DNA of 64,000 nt, from assembly GCA_964477095.1 (NCBI GenBank), contig CAYZDA010000007.1, positions 13,446 through 77,445 on the forward strand, in the 5' to 3' direction. This document shows positions 18,943 to 28,470 of this stretch, piece by piece. The position numbers and the translations under genes were made by a program. This DNA is from an uncultured Bacteroidales bacterium. GTDB taxonomy: Bacteria; Bacteroidota; Bacteroidia; Bacteroidales; PWNQ01. The notes under the pieces are model-generated. The model was not told where the DNA came from, searched no databases, and saw only the letters and a program-made list of their open reading frames with translations. Numbering within the stretch: position 1 is the stretch's first letter; each line of letters opens with the position of its first letter.

Positions 18943-20034
18943 TCAGTCTTTAAAAAAATCATCCAGATTGGTGGTAATAGACACGTAGTTTGGGGAGCCG
19001 GTAAGGTGATGTGCGGAACGGCTGTAGTTAAAGTGGAATTTACTGATCCGGAAACCGAAGCCCCAGGAAAAGCCCACCATAGCCATACGGGAGGGTACTT
19101 TCAGTTCCTGCCGTCGCTGATAATTGTAGCCAGCACGCAAATGGAAGTTTTTAGTAAGCGAAAACTCCCCTCCCACAATAAAATGCCTCATCAGGTTATC
19201 AGCAAAAGCCTCCAGATCACTGTCCTGGTTGGTTTCTCCGGTTATAGGATCAACCTGTTTACTGGGATCTTCGGGGTCGTCATATCTCAGATCCCAGGTT
19301 TGCAGATGCTCTGTCAGTATAAACAAGCGGAAAGGAACATGCTCCAGTTCACGCATAATTCCCAGCTTAATGTCAAAATTAACCGGCTCGATTCCGGTAG
19401 CCGTAAACGAATTCAGCTGCCGCCCGATGTTACTTACTATGAGCGAAGCCACAAATCTTTTATCATCACTGATATAAGAACCTGCCACATCCACAGCTAT
19501 GCCTGAGGAGGAATATTCGTCATAGGAAGCCCAGATTCCTTTTAGGTTAGCTCCGATGGTGAAATTTGGATCCAGCATCCGGCCCCAACCAATGTTCAAA
19601 GCATATTCACCTGCGGTAAAGTTCCCAAGCTTTTCCCCGGTTACATCAGCCCGCTGAAATTCCCCATAACTAATAAACTCCATTGAGCCGCGAAAACTGC
19701 CCGCCTTTTTCCACGTCCTGGAGTAACTGGCAAACCCGGTTGATATATCAGAATAGAAATCCACAAATGCCAACCCAATTTTATTGTGCATCTTATCATT
19801 TATCAATGAGGGATTTGAAAATGCCACATTGATATCACCATCATTCACAGTGAGATAATTACCACCAATGGCTGCTACCCTTGCAGATTTTGGCATGTCA
19901 AGAAAAGTATAAACTCCCTTACCTCCTATCTGGCTGTATAAAGAAGGGGTAAATAATATCAGAAAGAATAAGACGGAAATAAGCTTAAAAATACTTTTCA
20001 CGGTTAAAAGGGTTTTGGCGATTATTGCATGCAA
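18943..20034 (-). CDS. Outer-membrane beta-barrel protein, T9SS PorQ-like (PorP/SprF/PorQ superfamily)
   Basis: Signal peptide. N-terminal motif GGKGVYTFLDMPKSARVAAIGGN..NVAFSNPSLIN resembles the conserved start of PorQ/PorP-type T9SS barrels. Alternating beta-strand pattern runs to the C-terminus. Assignment by motif memory only. Confidence 0.55.
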   Translation of the reverse strand: MHAIIAKTLLTVKSIFKLISVLFFLILFTPSLYSQIGGKGVYTFLDMPKSARVAAIGGNYLTVNDGDINVAFSNPSLINDKMHNKIGLAFVDFYSDISTGFASYSRTWKKAGSFRGSMEFISYGEFQRADVTGEKLGNFTAGEYALNIGWGRMLDPNFTIGANLKGIWASYDEYSSSGIAVDVAGSYISDDKRFVASLIVSNIGRQLNSFTATGIEPVNFDIKLGIMRELEHVPFRLFILTEHLQTWDLRYDDPEDPSKQVDPITGETNQDSDLEAFADNLMRHFIVGGEFSLTKNFHLRAGYNYQRRQELKVPSRMAMVGFSWGFGFRISKFHFNYSRSAHHLTGSPNYVSITTNLDDFFKD

Positions 20035-20067
20035 ACGCTCACGGATAGTAAATTGTTTTATGAAGCC

Positions 20068-20772
20068 TTAATTTTTACGCACTAATTCACCCGAACCGTT
20101 AATATTCGACCGGATATCCTCCACCTTTCCTTCATAAGTAACCGTTCCACTACCGCTGATATCGGCTTTCAGTGAATTCTGCACATCCACGCGGCAATCA
20201 CCCGATCCGCTTATGCTGATCTCGCAATCGTCAGTGAGCAATTCTTCAGCATCCACATTCCCATTGCCATCAATTTCGATGTTTAGCTGACCGGAAGTCC
20301 CTTTAAGCCTTGCATCACCAGACCCATTGATCTCAATGTCAAGTGCATCAGAATACAATGACAGGTCTATACCTCCCGATCCGTTGAGTTCCACTGCAAG
20401 TTCGCGGGTTCTGAAAATATCATCAGTAACCACATTTGCTGATCCGTTAATTTTTAAGTGGCTAAGTGTTGGTGTAATCAGCAGTATTTCAATATCACTG
20501 CTCCCGCTGAAGCAGTTCTCGCTGTCAATAATAAGCTTATCTCCTTTTTGCTTTAAAACGATATTTTGCACCAGATTCTCTGCACCCTGAATAAGGATAC
20601 TGGTGGAATCACCCTGACGCACCAGCACATCAGCAGGAATGTCAATTTTCAGTTTTTTAAAGGATTCAGGATATTCCTGCCTGTCGGTTTTTTCGCCGGT
20701 AGCTTCAATACATTCTTTGCATCCATAAAATACAACTACAGCTAACAGTGCAATGATAAAAAGTCGGTTCAT
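20068..20772 (-). CDS. DUF2807 (head GIN / putative auto-transporter adhesin head) domain lipoprotein
   Basis: Lipobox VVFYGC. Repeated GSG/GNG beta-solenoid rungs (INGSANV, LNGSGGIDL, INGSGDARL, IDGNGNVDA, ISGSGDCRV, ISGSGTVTY, INGSGELV). Confidence 0.7.
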   Translation of the reverse strand: MNRLFIIALLAVVVFYGCKECIEATGEKTDRQEYPESFKKLKIDIPADVLVRQGDSTSILIQGAENLVQNIVLKQKGDKLIIDSENCFSGSSDIEILLITPTLSHLKINGSANVVTDDIFRTRELAVELNGSGGIDLSLYSDALDIEINGSGDARLKGTSGQLNIEIDGNGNVDAEELLTDDCEISISGSGDCRVDVQNSLKADISGSGTVTYEGKVEDIRSNINGSGELVRKN

Positions 20773-20969
20773 CTGCTTACAGTTTTAATTTCAAAGGTCA
20801 AATATTTATTCGGGAAGCTCACCTACAGAAGCTTAACCTGCCCAGCCACATGTGTATTTAAAACAATCATGACTGGTGCTTCAGTGGCGTTTTTGTTTAA
20901 TGAACAAATATAATCAAAATCAGTTTTGAGTTTCTGTTTTGATGCTATTACGAATTCGAGTAAAGCCAT

Positions 20970-20977
20970 TACCTTTG
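20970..20977 (+). promoter_or_regulatory. TAnnTTTG -7 element (near-leaderless geometry)
   Basis: tacctttg, 5 nt before the GTG at 20982. Confidence 0.45.
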
Positions 20978-20981
20978 CGGT

Positions 20982-21527
20982 GTGAAAAGGCTACTGGCTG
21001 CCATATTACTGTTTGCCCTGCTTTACACGCTCCTGGGGCATTACATGGTTTTCAGCATACTGAAATCCAACTGCCGGAACCTTGCTAAAGAATGGATAGA
21101 AAACAATCCTGAGGAAAAGGAGCTGATTCACTTTAAGCTGAATAAAAAACTTACTGAAAGCAAGGAGTTCAGATGGATTAAACCACATGAATTCAGGTAC
21201 AGGGGAAAGATGTATGATATTGTAAGCAGTAAAATGATTGATGGCATACGTCACGTTCAATGCTACCATGACGTGAAAGAGGAAAAGCTTATTGCCAGCT
21301 ATACCAGGCTGCTTTTGGGAAGCCATAAAAACGGAGAAGATCAGCATACAATTGCTATCCGCCAGATGCTTGATAAGCTGAATGTGCAGATATTCGAAAA
21401 TAAAACATTCTTACTCATCAACAATCCGCTTTATTTTTCAGATGACTTCACTTTATACATAAACAATTATAAATCGCGTTGTTTATCTCCAAAACCCCCT
21501 CCTCCCGAATTTTTAGTTTCCTTTTGA
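20982..21527 (+). CDS. Hypothetical membrane-anchored protein
   Basis: GTG start 5 nt after a TAnnTTTG motif. N-terminal hydrophobic helix LLAAILLFALLYTLLGHYMVF. Pro-rich C-terminus SPKPPPPEF. I recognise no family. Confidence 0.4.
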   Translation: MKRLLAAILLFALLYTLLGHYMVFSILKSNCRNLAKEWIENNPEEKELIHFKLNKKLTESKEFRWIKPHEFRYRGKMYDIVSSKMIDGIRHVQCYHDVKEEKLIASYTRLLLGSHKNGEDQHTIAIRQMLDKLNVQIFENKTFLLINNPLYFSDDFTLYINNYKSRCLSPKPPPPEFLVSF

Positions 21528-21774
21528 AATGGGCACAGCAAGAAAAGCCTTTTTTATTTACTTTCGCATTTCTTTTTTTTGTTTTCAGCATTAATCTTAA
21601 GATGCTGAATACCTGACTTTATTCAGATCATAAATAAAGCCAGTACAGATGTTTTGCAAAAGAAATCGCTTTTCAGACTATGCATAAAGCTAAACAAAAA
21701 AAGGAAAATCCCTTAAGTTTTAAACGAAATCTAAACTAAATCGTTTAAATAAGTAATCGCGAGAAATTTAAATC

Positions 21775-24192
21775 ATGAAAAAGATAATGATCGTGTTTCT
21801 CCTGTTGTTATATTGCCTGACAGGAGCAGCACAAAGGATTAAAGTTATAGACAATACCACGCTTCAGCCGGTGGACAATGTGTTTATTTTTGATGACAAT
21901 CATCAGCATTCCACTCTAACTAATCGTAGCGGTCAAGCTGATTTTGACATGTTTGGAGAGGATGATATCATTATATTCCAGCATCCTTCGTATCAGAAGG
22001 AAATTTTGGAATATACAGATGTACAGATGAGAGATTTTATCATAAAACTACAGCCAAGTGCCATTGACCTGCAAAGTGTGGTGGTTTCTTCCAGCAAATG
22101 GGAGCAGAAGCGTAGCGAGATTCCAAACAAGATCGTACAGCTGCAGGTAAAGGAACTCAGTCTTTTCAATCCACAGACCACAGCGGATTTGTTACAGGCA
22201 TCCAACGAGATATTCGTACAAAAAAGCCAGCTTGGTGGTGGTAGTCCGATGATCAGGGGTTTCGCAGCCAATTCATTACTGATAGTGGTGGATGGAGTAA
22301 GAATGAACAATGCCATATACCGTAGCGGCAACCTGCAGAACGTGCTCAACATTGATTACCAAATGCTGGAATCGGCGGAGGTGATTATGGGCCCCGGTTC
22401 GGTTGTTTACGGAAGCGATGCCCTGGGCGGGGTAATGGACTTTCACTCGCAGCTAGCAAGGCTGGGATCGGAAGGAGAAACATATATTGCTTCAAATGGA
22501 ATGTCAAGGTTTTCTTCGGCAAATTACGAGCGCACCCTCCACGCGGATGTGAATATCGGCTGGGAGAAATGGTCGCTGGTAAGCGGGATCAGCTTCAGCC
22601 AGTTTGGAGATCTGCGATCAGGAACGTGGTATCCTGAAGGCTACCCGGTGTTTGGTAAACGTCATTTTTACGTGGACAGGATTAATGGAAAAGATTCTAT
22701 TATTGAAAATGATAAAGAACAGATCCAACGATATTCCGGGTATAAGCAATACAGTGCCATGCAAAAAATCCGGTTTAAACCGAATAACAGGCTGAACTTT
22801 GTGTATGGATTCCATTTTTCCAGAGTATCCGATATACCACGTTATGACCGCCTGATTCAGGAGAAAAACGGGTCTTTAAAATACGCGGAATGGTATTACG
22901 GGCCACAGCAATGGATGATGCATAATATTGCTACTGAGATCAGAAATGTAAGCAATCTCTTTGATGAGGCACGTATCACACTGGCTTATCAGGATTATCA
23001 AGAGAGCCGCCATGACAGAAAGCTGCATGATGATTACCTTCGCCACCGAAATGAAATGGTGGACGTTTATACTGTAAATATAGACATGGATAAGGACCTG
23101 AATAAAAAATCCAGCCTTTTTTATGGACTGGAGGGTGTGTTTAACCAGGTTAAATCAGAAGCCATCACAGAAGATATCGTAAGCGGTGATGAATTTGATG
23201 TAGCGCCCAGGTATCCTTCTGGTGGAAGTTCTTATTCCACAATGGCTGCCTATGGTCTTTATAAGCGGAATGTAAGCTCCAAATTTACATTAAATGCGGG
23301 CATTCGCTACAGCCATGTTATAATGGATGCAGATTTCAGTGGAAGCAGCCTTGATAACTACGCCCTGCCTTACAACACCATCAGCCTTAATACCGGTGCA
23401 CTCAATGGACTGGCAGGAATGGTCTACCGCCCTGATGAACACTGGCAGTTTAAGCTCAATGCCTCATCAGGATTCCGTGCTCCAAACATAGATGACGTGG
23501 CCAAGGTTTTTGATTCTGAGCCGGGCAACGTGGTGGTTCCCAATGATGATCTGCAGCCGGAATACGTTTATAATCTGGAGGGAACAATTATCCGGAAAAT
23601 AGGCGAGTCCGTACAGCTCGAACTGACCGGTTATTACACCTGGCTGGAGAATGCCATGGTGCGCCGCAACTTCATGTTTAATGGACAGGATTCCATCATG
23701 TACGACAGCACCATGAGTAAGGTTCAGGCGGTGGTTAATGCCAGTTCAGCTATCATTTATGGCGCCTCGGCTAAGATAAAGGCTGATATTTCAAGCAACT
23801 GGACTGCTTCAGCATATTATACCATCACCGAAGGTGAGGACAATGAAGGCATCCCGCTGCGGCACGTTCCACCTGCATATGGTAATCTAACCTTTACCTA
23901 TCAGGCAGAGAAATTCCGCGGAACATTTTATACTAATTTCAACCAGGCAAAAAAGCTTAGCGATATGGCGCCCAGCGAACAGGCAAAAACACATCTATAT
24001 ACTGATGAAGGCACCCCGGCCTGGTACACACTTAATGTAATGCTTTCATACCAGATATCCAATACAACCCGTATTAGTGCAGGCTGTGAGAATATTACGG
24101 ACTTGCATTACAGGCCTTATTCTTCAGGCATCAGCGCTCCAGGACGCAATTTTGTTATTGCTATAAAGGGGAATTTTAATAATCTGAAATAA
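21775..24192 (+). CDS. TonB-dependent outer-membrane receptor
   Basis: Signal peptide, N-terminal carboxypeptidase-regulatory-like module, plug motif GGSPMIRGFAANSLLIVVDGVRMNNAIYRSGNLQNV...GPGSVVYGSDALGGVM, and a long beta-barrel with RAPNIDD. 805 aa. Confidence 0.85.
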   Translation: MKKIMIVFLLLLYCLTGAAQRIKVIDNTTLQPVDNVFIFDDNHQHSTLTNRSGQADFDMFGEDDIIIFQHPSYQKEILEYTDVQMRDFIIKLQPSAIDLQSVVVSSSKWEQKRSEIPNKIVQLQVKELSLFNPQTTADLLQASNEIFVQKSQLGGGSPMIRGFAANSLLIVVDGVRMNNAIYRSGNLQNVLNIDYQMLESAEVIMGPGSVVYGSDALGGVMDFHSQLARLGSEGETYIASNGMSRFSSANYERTLHADVNIGWEKWSLVSGISFSQFGDLRSGTWYPEGYPVFGKRHFYVDRINGKDSIIENDKEQIQRYSGYKQYSAMQKIRFKPNNRLNFVYGFHFSRVSDIPRYDRLIQEKNGSLKYAEWYYGPQQWMMHNIATEIRNVSNLFDEARITLAYQDYQESRHDRKLHDDYLRHRNEMVDVYTVNIDMDKDLNKKSSLFYGLEGVFNQVKSEAITEDIVSGDEFDVAPRYPSGGSSYSTMAAYGLYKRNVSSKFTLNAGIRYSHVIMDADFSGSSLDNYALPYNTISLNTGALNGLAGMVYRPDEHWQFKLNASSGFRAPNIDDVAKVFDSEPGNVVVPNDDLQPEYVYNLEGTIIRKIGESVQLELTGYYTWLENAMVRRNFMFNGQDSIMYDSTMSKVQAVVNASSAIIYGASAKIKADISSNWTASAYYTITEGEDNEGIPLRHVPPAYGNLTFTYQAEKFRGTFYTNFNQAKKLSDMAPSEQAKTHLYTDEGTPAWYTLNVMLSYQISNTTRISAGCENITDLHYRPYSSGISAPGRNFVIAIKGNFNNLK

Positions 24193-24215
24193 AAAGCAAC
24201 CAAAATGATAAGAAG

Positions 24216-24244
24216 ATCGCGGCTCACAGTCGCGGTTTTTTTTT
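24216..24244 (+). terminator. Intrinsic terminator after the TonB-dependent receptor
   Basis: Hairpin atcgcggct-cac-agtcgcggt followed by a T9 run. Confidence 0.6.
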
Positions 24245-24257
24245 ACCTGAATGTGCA

Positions 24258-25496
24258 TCAGCCTGTGCGCTTAATTCCAAAAAGAAGAGGAAGAAAAAAG
24301 GAAGTAAAAATAATCCCGGCCTGCCTGTTAAGCATTGATTCAAAAAACAGGTTTACTATGAGTATAAGCGCCAGTGTCAGCAGTAGCCAGTTTCCTGTTT
24401 TCAGGCCATAAATCAGTGGCCACAGTAAAATGCCAAGCAACAGCAATATTCCGGGAATCCCCATAGCCAAAAATGAATCAAGAAACTGATTATGCGCATT
24501 ATACCTTAACCTAAGACCATTATTAAGGTAATCTTTGGTAGCTTTTTCTGAAAGGCGATCTTTCACATCTCCGTTACCTACTCCAGCCAACCAGTTATCT
24601 TCAATGATATCCAGGCTACTTTCCCAGAAAGCAATTCGAAGGTCTGAGCTGCTCAACCTTTTGCTGCTACCGGAATCCTGCTTCAGAGCAAATAATCCGG
24701 TCACATTGCGAACCATGAGATTGAACCTGGCATTTGACATCAGCCCAACGGTGATCCCACCTATCAATACCAGTGAAATAACAGCCTTCCATATAACCGG
24801 AAGACCTGATTTTATCCATACCCTTACCATTTTGACAAATAACACGATAAGCACAGCCAGGATGCCTGCCCTTGATGAAAGCATAAAAACCATCAGCAAC
24901 ATAAACAGTGCACCCACTACTATCAAGGCCAGCCGGAGATGTTGCCCCTTCTGTACTGCCGGCAAAAAGCGAAACAACAAAACAGCCAGGGAAAAAGTAA
25001 GGTAAAGGGCAAAATAAGAGGGATGGTGAAAATATGACAACTCCTGATACATGAAGTTGGATGTGCTGAAGTAGTCATGACTGAAAAAAGCAACTCCTAT
25101 ACAAATTATAGATGCAACTACATTACCAATGATAAAGGCCAGCATGAAGTAATCCCTGCGTTTTCTGTATCTTTCCTGCATAAGTAAAACCACAAACAGG
25201 GGAAACAAGAGCAGAGGTATTTTTATTTCCAGGTCGAACCAGGCGGCTTCACGATTCTCAGAGTAAAACACTGATATAATATGCATGAGGTAAAAAGCCA
25301 CGAACAACAACACATACCTCCATCTGATGGCAGAACTTTTGAAATGTGCTTTTCTGACGGCCACTAAACCTGATAGTAACCAAATTGCACTTAGAAAAGG
25401 AATATAGTCATTTTCCAGCGGCATCCAGAAAACCAGCAACAAACCCAGCATGTAATTAACCTGTACCAGCTTCGATTTTATCACTTCTGCTTGCAT
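24258..25496 (-). CDS. O-antigen ligase / polymerase (Wzy_C) family membrane protein
   Basis: About 10 or more hydrophobic helices. A SSRAGILAVLIV segment and a periplasmic loop with NAHNQFLDSFLAMGIPGILLL are typical of O-antigen ligase-like proteins. I prefer the ATG at 25496 over the track's TTG at 25562. Confidence 0.7.
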   Translation of the reverse strand: MQAEVIKSKLVQVNYMLGLLLVFWMPLENDYIPFLSAIWLLSGLVAVRKAHFKSSAIRWRYVLLFVAFYLMHIISVFYSENREAAWFDLEIKIPLLLFPLFVVLLMQERYRKRRDYFMLAFIIGNVVASIICIGVAFFSHDYFSTSNFMYQELSYFHHPSYFALYLTFSLAVLLFRFLPAVQKGQHLRLALIVVGALFMLLMVFMLSSRAGILAVLIVLFVKMVRVWIKSGLPVIWKAVISLVLIGGITVGLMSNARFNLMVRNVTGLFALKQDSGSSKRLSSSDLRIAFWESSLDIIEDNWLAGVGNGDVKDRLSEKATKDYLNNGLRLRYNAHNQFLDSFLAMGIPGILLLLGILLWPLIYGLKTGNWLLLTLALILIVNLFFESMLNRQAGIIFTSFFLPLLFGIKRTG

Positions 25497-25500
25497 GCAA

Positions 25501-25508
25501 CAAAAGTA
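25501..25508 (-). promoter_or_regulatory. TAnnTTTG -7 element upstream of the O-antigen ligase-like gene (near-leaderless geometry)
   Basis: Minus strand reads tacttttg, 5 nt before the ATG at 25496. Confidence 0.45.
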
Positions 25509-25613
25509 CGAATTAAATGAATTGCACATACAGGCTGGTTTATGTGATGAATAAAAGACCAACTTAGCTTAAGCTGTAAGATGTTTTTTATTTGTTTTAG
25601 ACCGGAAAACCTA

Positions 25614-25621
25614 TATCTTTG
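25614..25621 (+). promoter_or_regulatory. TAnnTTTG -7 element upstream of aroK
   Basis: tatctttg, 40 nt before the ATG at 25661. Confidence 0.5.
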
Positions 25622-25660
25622 TAAAGAACGCACCAGAATTCATTAACCACATCTTCCGGG

Positions 25661-26206
25661 ATGACGCAAAAGGGCTTTGAAAGAATCTATCTGTTGGGAT
25701 ACATGGGCAGCGGCAAATCCACTTTAGGCAAGCGACTGGCCAAAGTAATGGATTATAAATTCGTGGATATAGATCAGGTTTTTGAAAAGAAATTCAAAAC
25801 TGACATTCATGAGTTCTTCAAGTATCACGGAGAACAGAAATTCAGAGCACTTGAGCGGGAAATCCTGCACAAAACCTTCACTTTTTCAAAATGCATTATC
25901 TCCACCGGTGGAGGTACTCCTTGCTTTAATGATAATATGGAGCAGATACTGCAACATGGATTTGCCATCTACCTGCAAATGCCACCTGAAGCGCTTTACA
26001 GGCGGCTCATGCAAACCAAAAGGGTACGCCCGCTCACTTCCGGCCTTGATAATGAACAGCTATTGGATTTCATTAATAAAAACCTGGAAAAACGCGCTCC
26101 TTTTTATGAACGCTCGCACCTTTGTGTATCAGGGATTAACCTGAAACCAAAAGATATAGAAACCATTATTTCCTACTATAAAAAATACGGAATTCCTGGA
26201 AAGTAG
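25661..26206 (+). CDS. aroK: Shikimate kinase
   Basis: P-loop IYLLGYMGSGKSTLGKRLA, DIDQVFE, STGGGTP motifs. 181 aa. Confidence 0.85.
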   Translation: MTQKGFERIYLLGYMGSGKSTLGKRLAKVMDYKFVDIDQVFEKKFKTDIHEFFKYHGEQKFRALEREILHKTFTFSKCIISTGGGTPCFNDNMEQILQHGFAIYLQMPPEALYRRLMQTKRVRPLTSGLDNEQLLDFINKNLEKRAPFYERSHLCVSGINLKPKDIETIISYYKKYGIPGK

Positions 26207-26266
26207 TGACATAAGCGTATCAATATTGATTTTTTCCACAGAAATATTATTATTTTTACAGGCAAA

Positions 26267-27499
26267 ATGAGCATTTTGAAAACAGCACTCCTTACTTCTG
26301 TATTGCTTCTGATCTTTTTTGCCTGCAACACATACGTACCGGCAAGTAAAACAAATGTATCCCTGTCTTATAATCCTGAAAAAAACGAATTAAAGCCTGA
26401 AATAGGTTTCTATCATATTTCGCGCGACAGCACCATGGTTTATCTTAAACAGGCACGCGTGGAGCTGACCTATGATGATGAGCTTTCATCCCGGCTTTTG
26501 TTTAAAACAGAAATATTACCCGGCAAGGAGTCAAACAAATTAATCGACAGCAGTAGTGTGATCCTCTATGATACCCTTGACGGCAACCAGGGCAATTACC
26601 TGATGTATCAAAAGAAAATTGAATTACCGTCCGGACATGCCTATAGTATCAAAACCACGGTAACCGATCTTAATAAAGAAGCCAGCGTATGGCATTACCA
26701 CACTGTGAGTAAAACAGATGCATACCAACGCAGGTTTTTCAAACTTACAGACAAAGCTGGTAATTTCAGATTCTCCAACCTCATCGACAAACAGGATACG
26801 TTCAGAATTGCCTATGATCACGCTGATCAACTTACAGTACGCTATTTCTTAAAAGAATTCAAACCATCACGGCCGCCGCATCTGAATAAAAGAAAACAAG
26901 ATACCTGGCTTAAAACCGACAGCATTTTTACCATTGATTTGACGGACGGATTATCACCAGAACTTCAATTCCATCGCCCGGGCATATATCATATTCAGGC
27001 AGACACCACGCAAAAGGACGGTCTCAGCTTGTTTTATTTCAGAGATAACTACCCGCTGATATCCAATCCCCGGCTGATGATCGCTCCAACGCAATATATA
27101 GCCACCTCCTTTGAGTTTCGCAAGATAAAACAGAATGAAAGCCCTAAAAAGGCCATTGATCAATTCTGGCTTAAGATAACCGATAACCCCGAGCGGGCAA
27201 AGATACTGATCAGAAAATACTATACCAGGGTGGAACATGCCAATAGGATGTTTTACACGCACAGACCAGGCTGGAAAACCGACCGCGGGATGATATATAT
27301 TGTTCTGGGCCCGCCTCAGCTGGTGTATCGTTCGAATAATAATGAAACCTGGATCTACGGTGAATCGGCACAATATAACGCATTGAAACTGAACTTCACC
27401 AGGGTAGATAATCCATTCAGCAATAACGATTTCGCACTTGAACGCTCGCCCCTTTACAAGGAGGAATGGTATTTTGCGATTGACATGTGGAGAAGATAA
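26267..27499 (+). CDS. GWxTD domain-containing protein
   Basis: Signal/lipoprotein N-terminus (LLLIFFACN). Eponymous motif RPGWKTDRGMIYIVLGPP followed by ETWIY near the C-terminus. Confidence 0.8.
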   Translation: MSILKTALLTSVLLLIFFACNTYVPASKTNVSLSYNPEKNELKPEIGFYHISRDSTMVYLKQARVELTYDDELSSRLLFKTEILPGKESNKLIDSSSVILYDTLDGNQGNYLMYQKKIELPSGHAYSIKTTVTDLNKEASVWHYHTVSKTDAYQRRFFKLTDKAGNFRFSNLIDKQDTFRIAYDHADQLTVRYFLKEFKPSRPPHLNKRKQDTWLKTDSIFTIDLTDGLSPELQFHRPGIYHIQADTTQKDGLSLFYFRDNYPLISNPRLMIAPTQYIATSFEFRKIKQNESPKKAIDQFWLKITDNPERAKILIRKYYTRVEHANRMFYTHRPGWKTDRGMIYIVLGPPQLVYRSNNNETWIYGESAQYNALKLNFTRVDNPFSNNDFALERSPLYKEEWYFAIDMWRR

Positions 27500-27505
27500 G
27501 TACTT

Positions 27506-28240
27506 ATGGCAAAAAAAGAATTGATCTACGGCATACATCCAATGCTTGAGGCCGCCAAAAGCGGGCAGGCTTTTGATAAAGTTTTCATCAGAAAAGGACT
27601 AAAAGGCCCTAATGTGGAACAGATAAAGCAATTGTTACACCAGCAGGAGATTCCCTTGCAGAGTGTTCCGGTGGAAAAGCTAAACCGCTTAACCGGCAAA
27701 AACCACCAGGGGATAATCGGGCAGATATCACCTGTTCCTTTTCAGAAAATCGAAGACCTTATCCCGGGCTTATTTGAGGCAGGCAAAACTCCTTTTATCC
27801 TGATTCTTGATCAGATTTCGGACATCCGCAATTTCGGAGCCATCACCCGTACGGCTGAAGCAGCAGGTGTGGATGCACTTGTTATACCCGGCCGGGGAGC
27901 AGCCAGTATAAACGCGGATGCCATGAAAACTTCAGCGGGCGCTTTGAACTATATTCCGGTTTGCCGCAGCAGTAACCTGGCTAAAACCTGCGATTTCCTT
28001 GTAAACAGCGGAATAGCTATAGCCGCAGCCACCGAAAAATCACAGCAGCTTTATTATGAGCAGGACCTGTCCGGCCCCATCGCACTGATAATGGGATCAG
28101 AAGGTGAAGGCATTTCACAGGCACTGCTGGAAAAAGCACAGATACATCTGAGCTTACCAATGAAAGGGAATATCTCTTCACTGAATGTTTCCGTGGCTGC
28201 GGGAATCCTTATCTATGAAGTAGTAAGGCAGAGAGACTGA
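27506..28240 (+). CDS. rlmB: 23S rRNA (guanosine-2'-O-)-methyltransferase RlmB (SpoU/TrmH family)
   Basis: N-terminal substrate-binding segment LIYGIHPMLEA. SpoU motifs DQISDIRNFGAITRTAEAAG, LIMGSEGEGIS and SLNVSVAAGILIYE. Confidence 0.85.
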   Translation: MAKKELIYGIHPMLEAAKSGQAFDKVFIRKGLKGPNVEQIKQLLHQQEIPLQSVPVEKLNRLTGKNHQGIIGQISPVPFQKIEDLIPGLFEAGKTPFILILDQISDIRNFGAITRTAEAAGVDALVIPGRGAASINADAMKTSAGALNYIPVCRSSNLAKTCDFLVNSGIAIAAATEKSQQLYYEQDLSGPIALIMGSEGEGISQALLEKAQIHLSLPMKGNISSLNVSVAAGILIYEVVRQRD

Positions 28241-28422
28241 AACATGCACTTCCTGACCTGTATATGCCATGGAATCCCGGCTTTTTAAGAAGATTTAACA
28301 TAAAAACTTCCGGCTTTAAATAAGCTCTTTAATCACTGTAAGCCCGTTTTTTATATCAATACAGCACGGTCATGATAAGAATCTTATTAAGACTGAATAT
28401 TGAAATTGGATTGTATTTTCGT

Positions 28423-28430
28423 TAAATTTG
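28423..28430 (+). promoter_or_regulatory. TAnnTTTG -7 element upstream of the DnaB-like gene
   Basis: taaatttg, 41 nt before the ATG at 28471. Confidence 0.5.
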
Positions 28431-28470
28431 GACGTTGATATGTAAAGTATAATCAATAAAAATAAAAGAT

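Noticed and set aside
18901-19506. 201-aa plus-strand ORF overlapping the ispH start and the PorQ-like gene
   Set aside because: It is antisense to a beta-barrel gene with a clear signal peptide and family motif, and it begins inside ispH.
21528-21774. Possible riboswitch or regulatory RNA upstream of the TonB-dependent receptor (for example cobalamin)
   Set aside because: The sequence is AT-rich and low in complexity. I found no B12-box-like element or stable multi-helix structure by eye.
24205-24411. 68-aa plus-strand ORF after the TonB-dependent receptor
   Set aside because: It starts inside the terminator hairpin and T-run, then runs antisense into the 3' end of the O-antigen ligase-like gene.
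26954-27538. 194-aa minus-strand ORF overlapping the GWxTD gene and the rlmB start
   Set aside because: It is antisense to two confidently called genes, and its product has no motifs.
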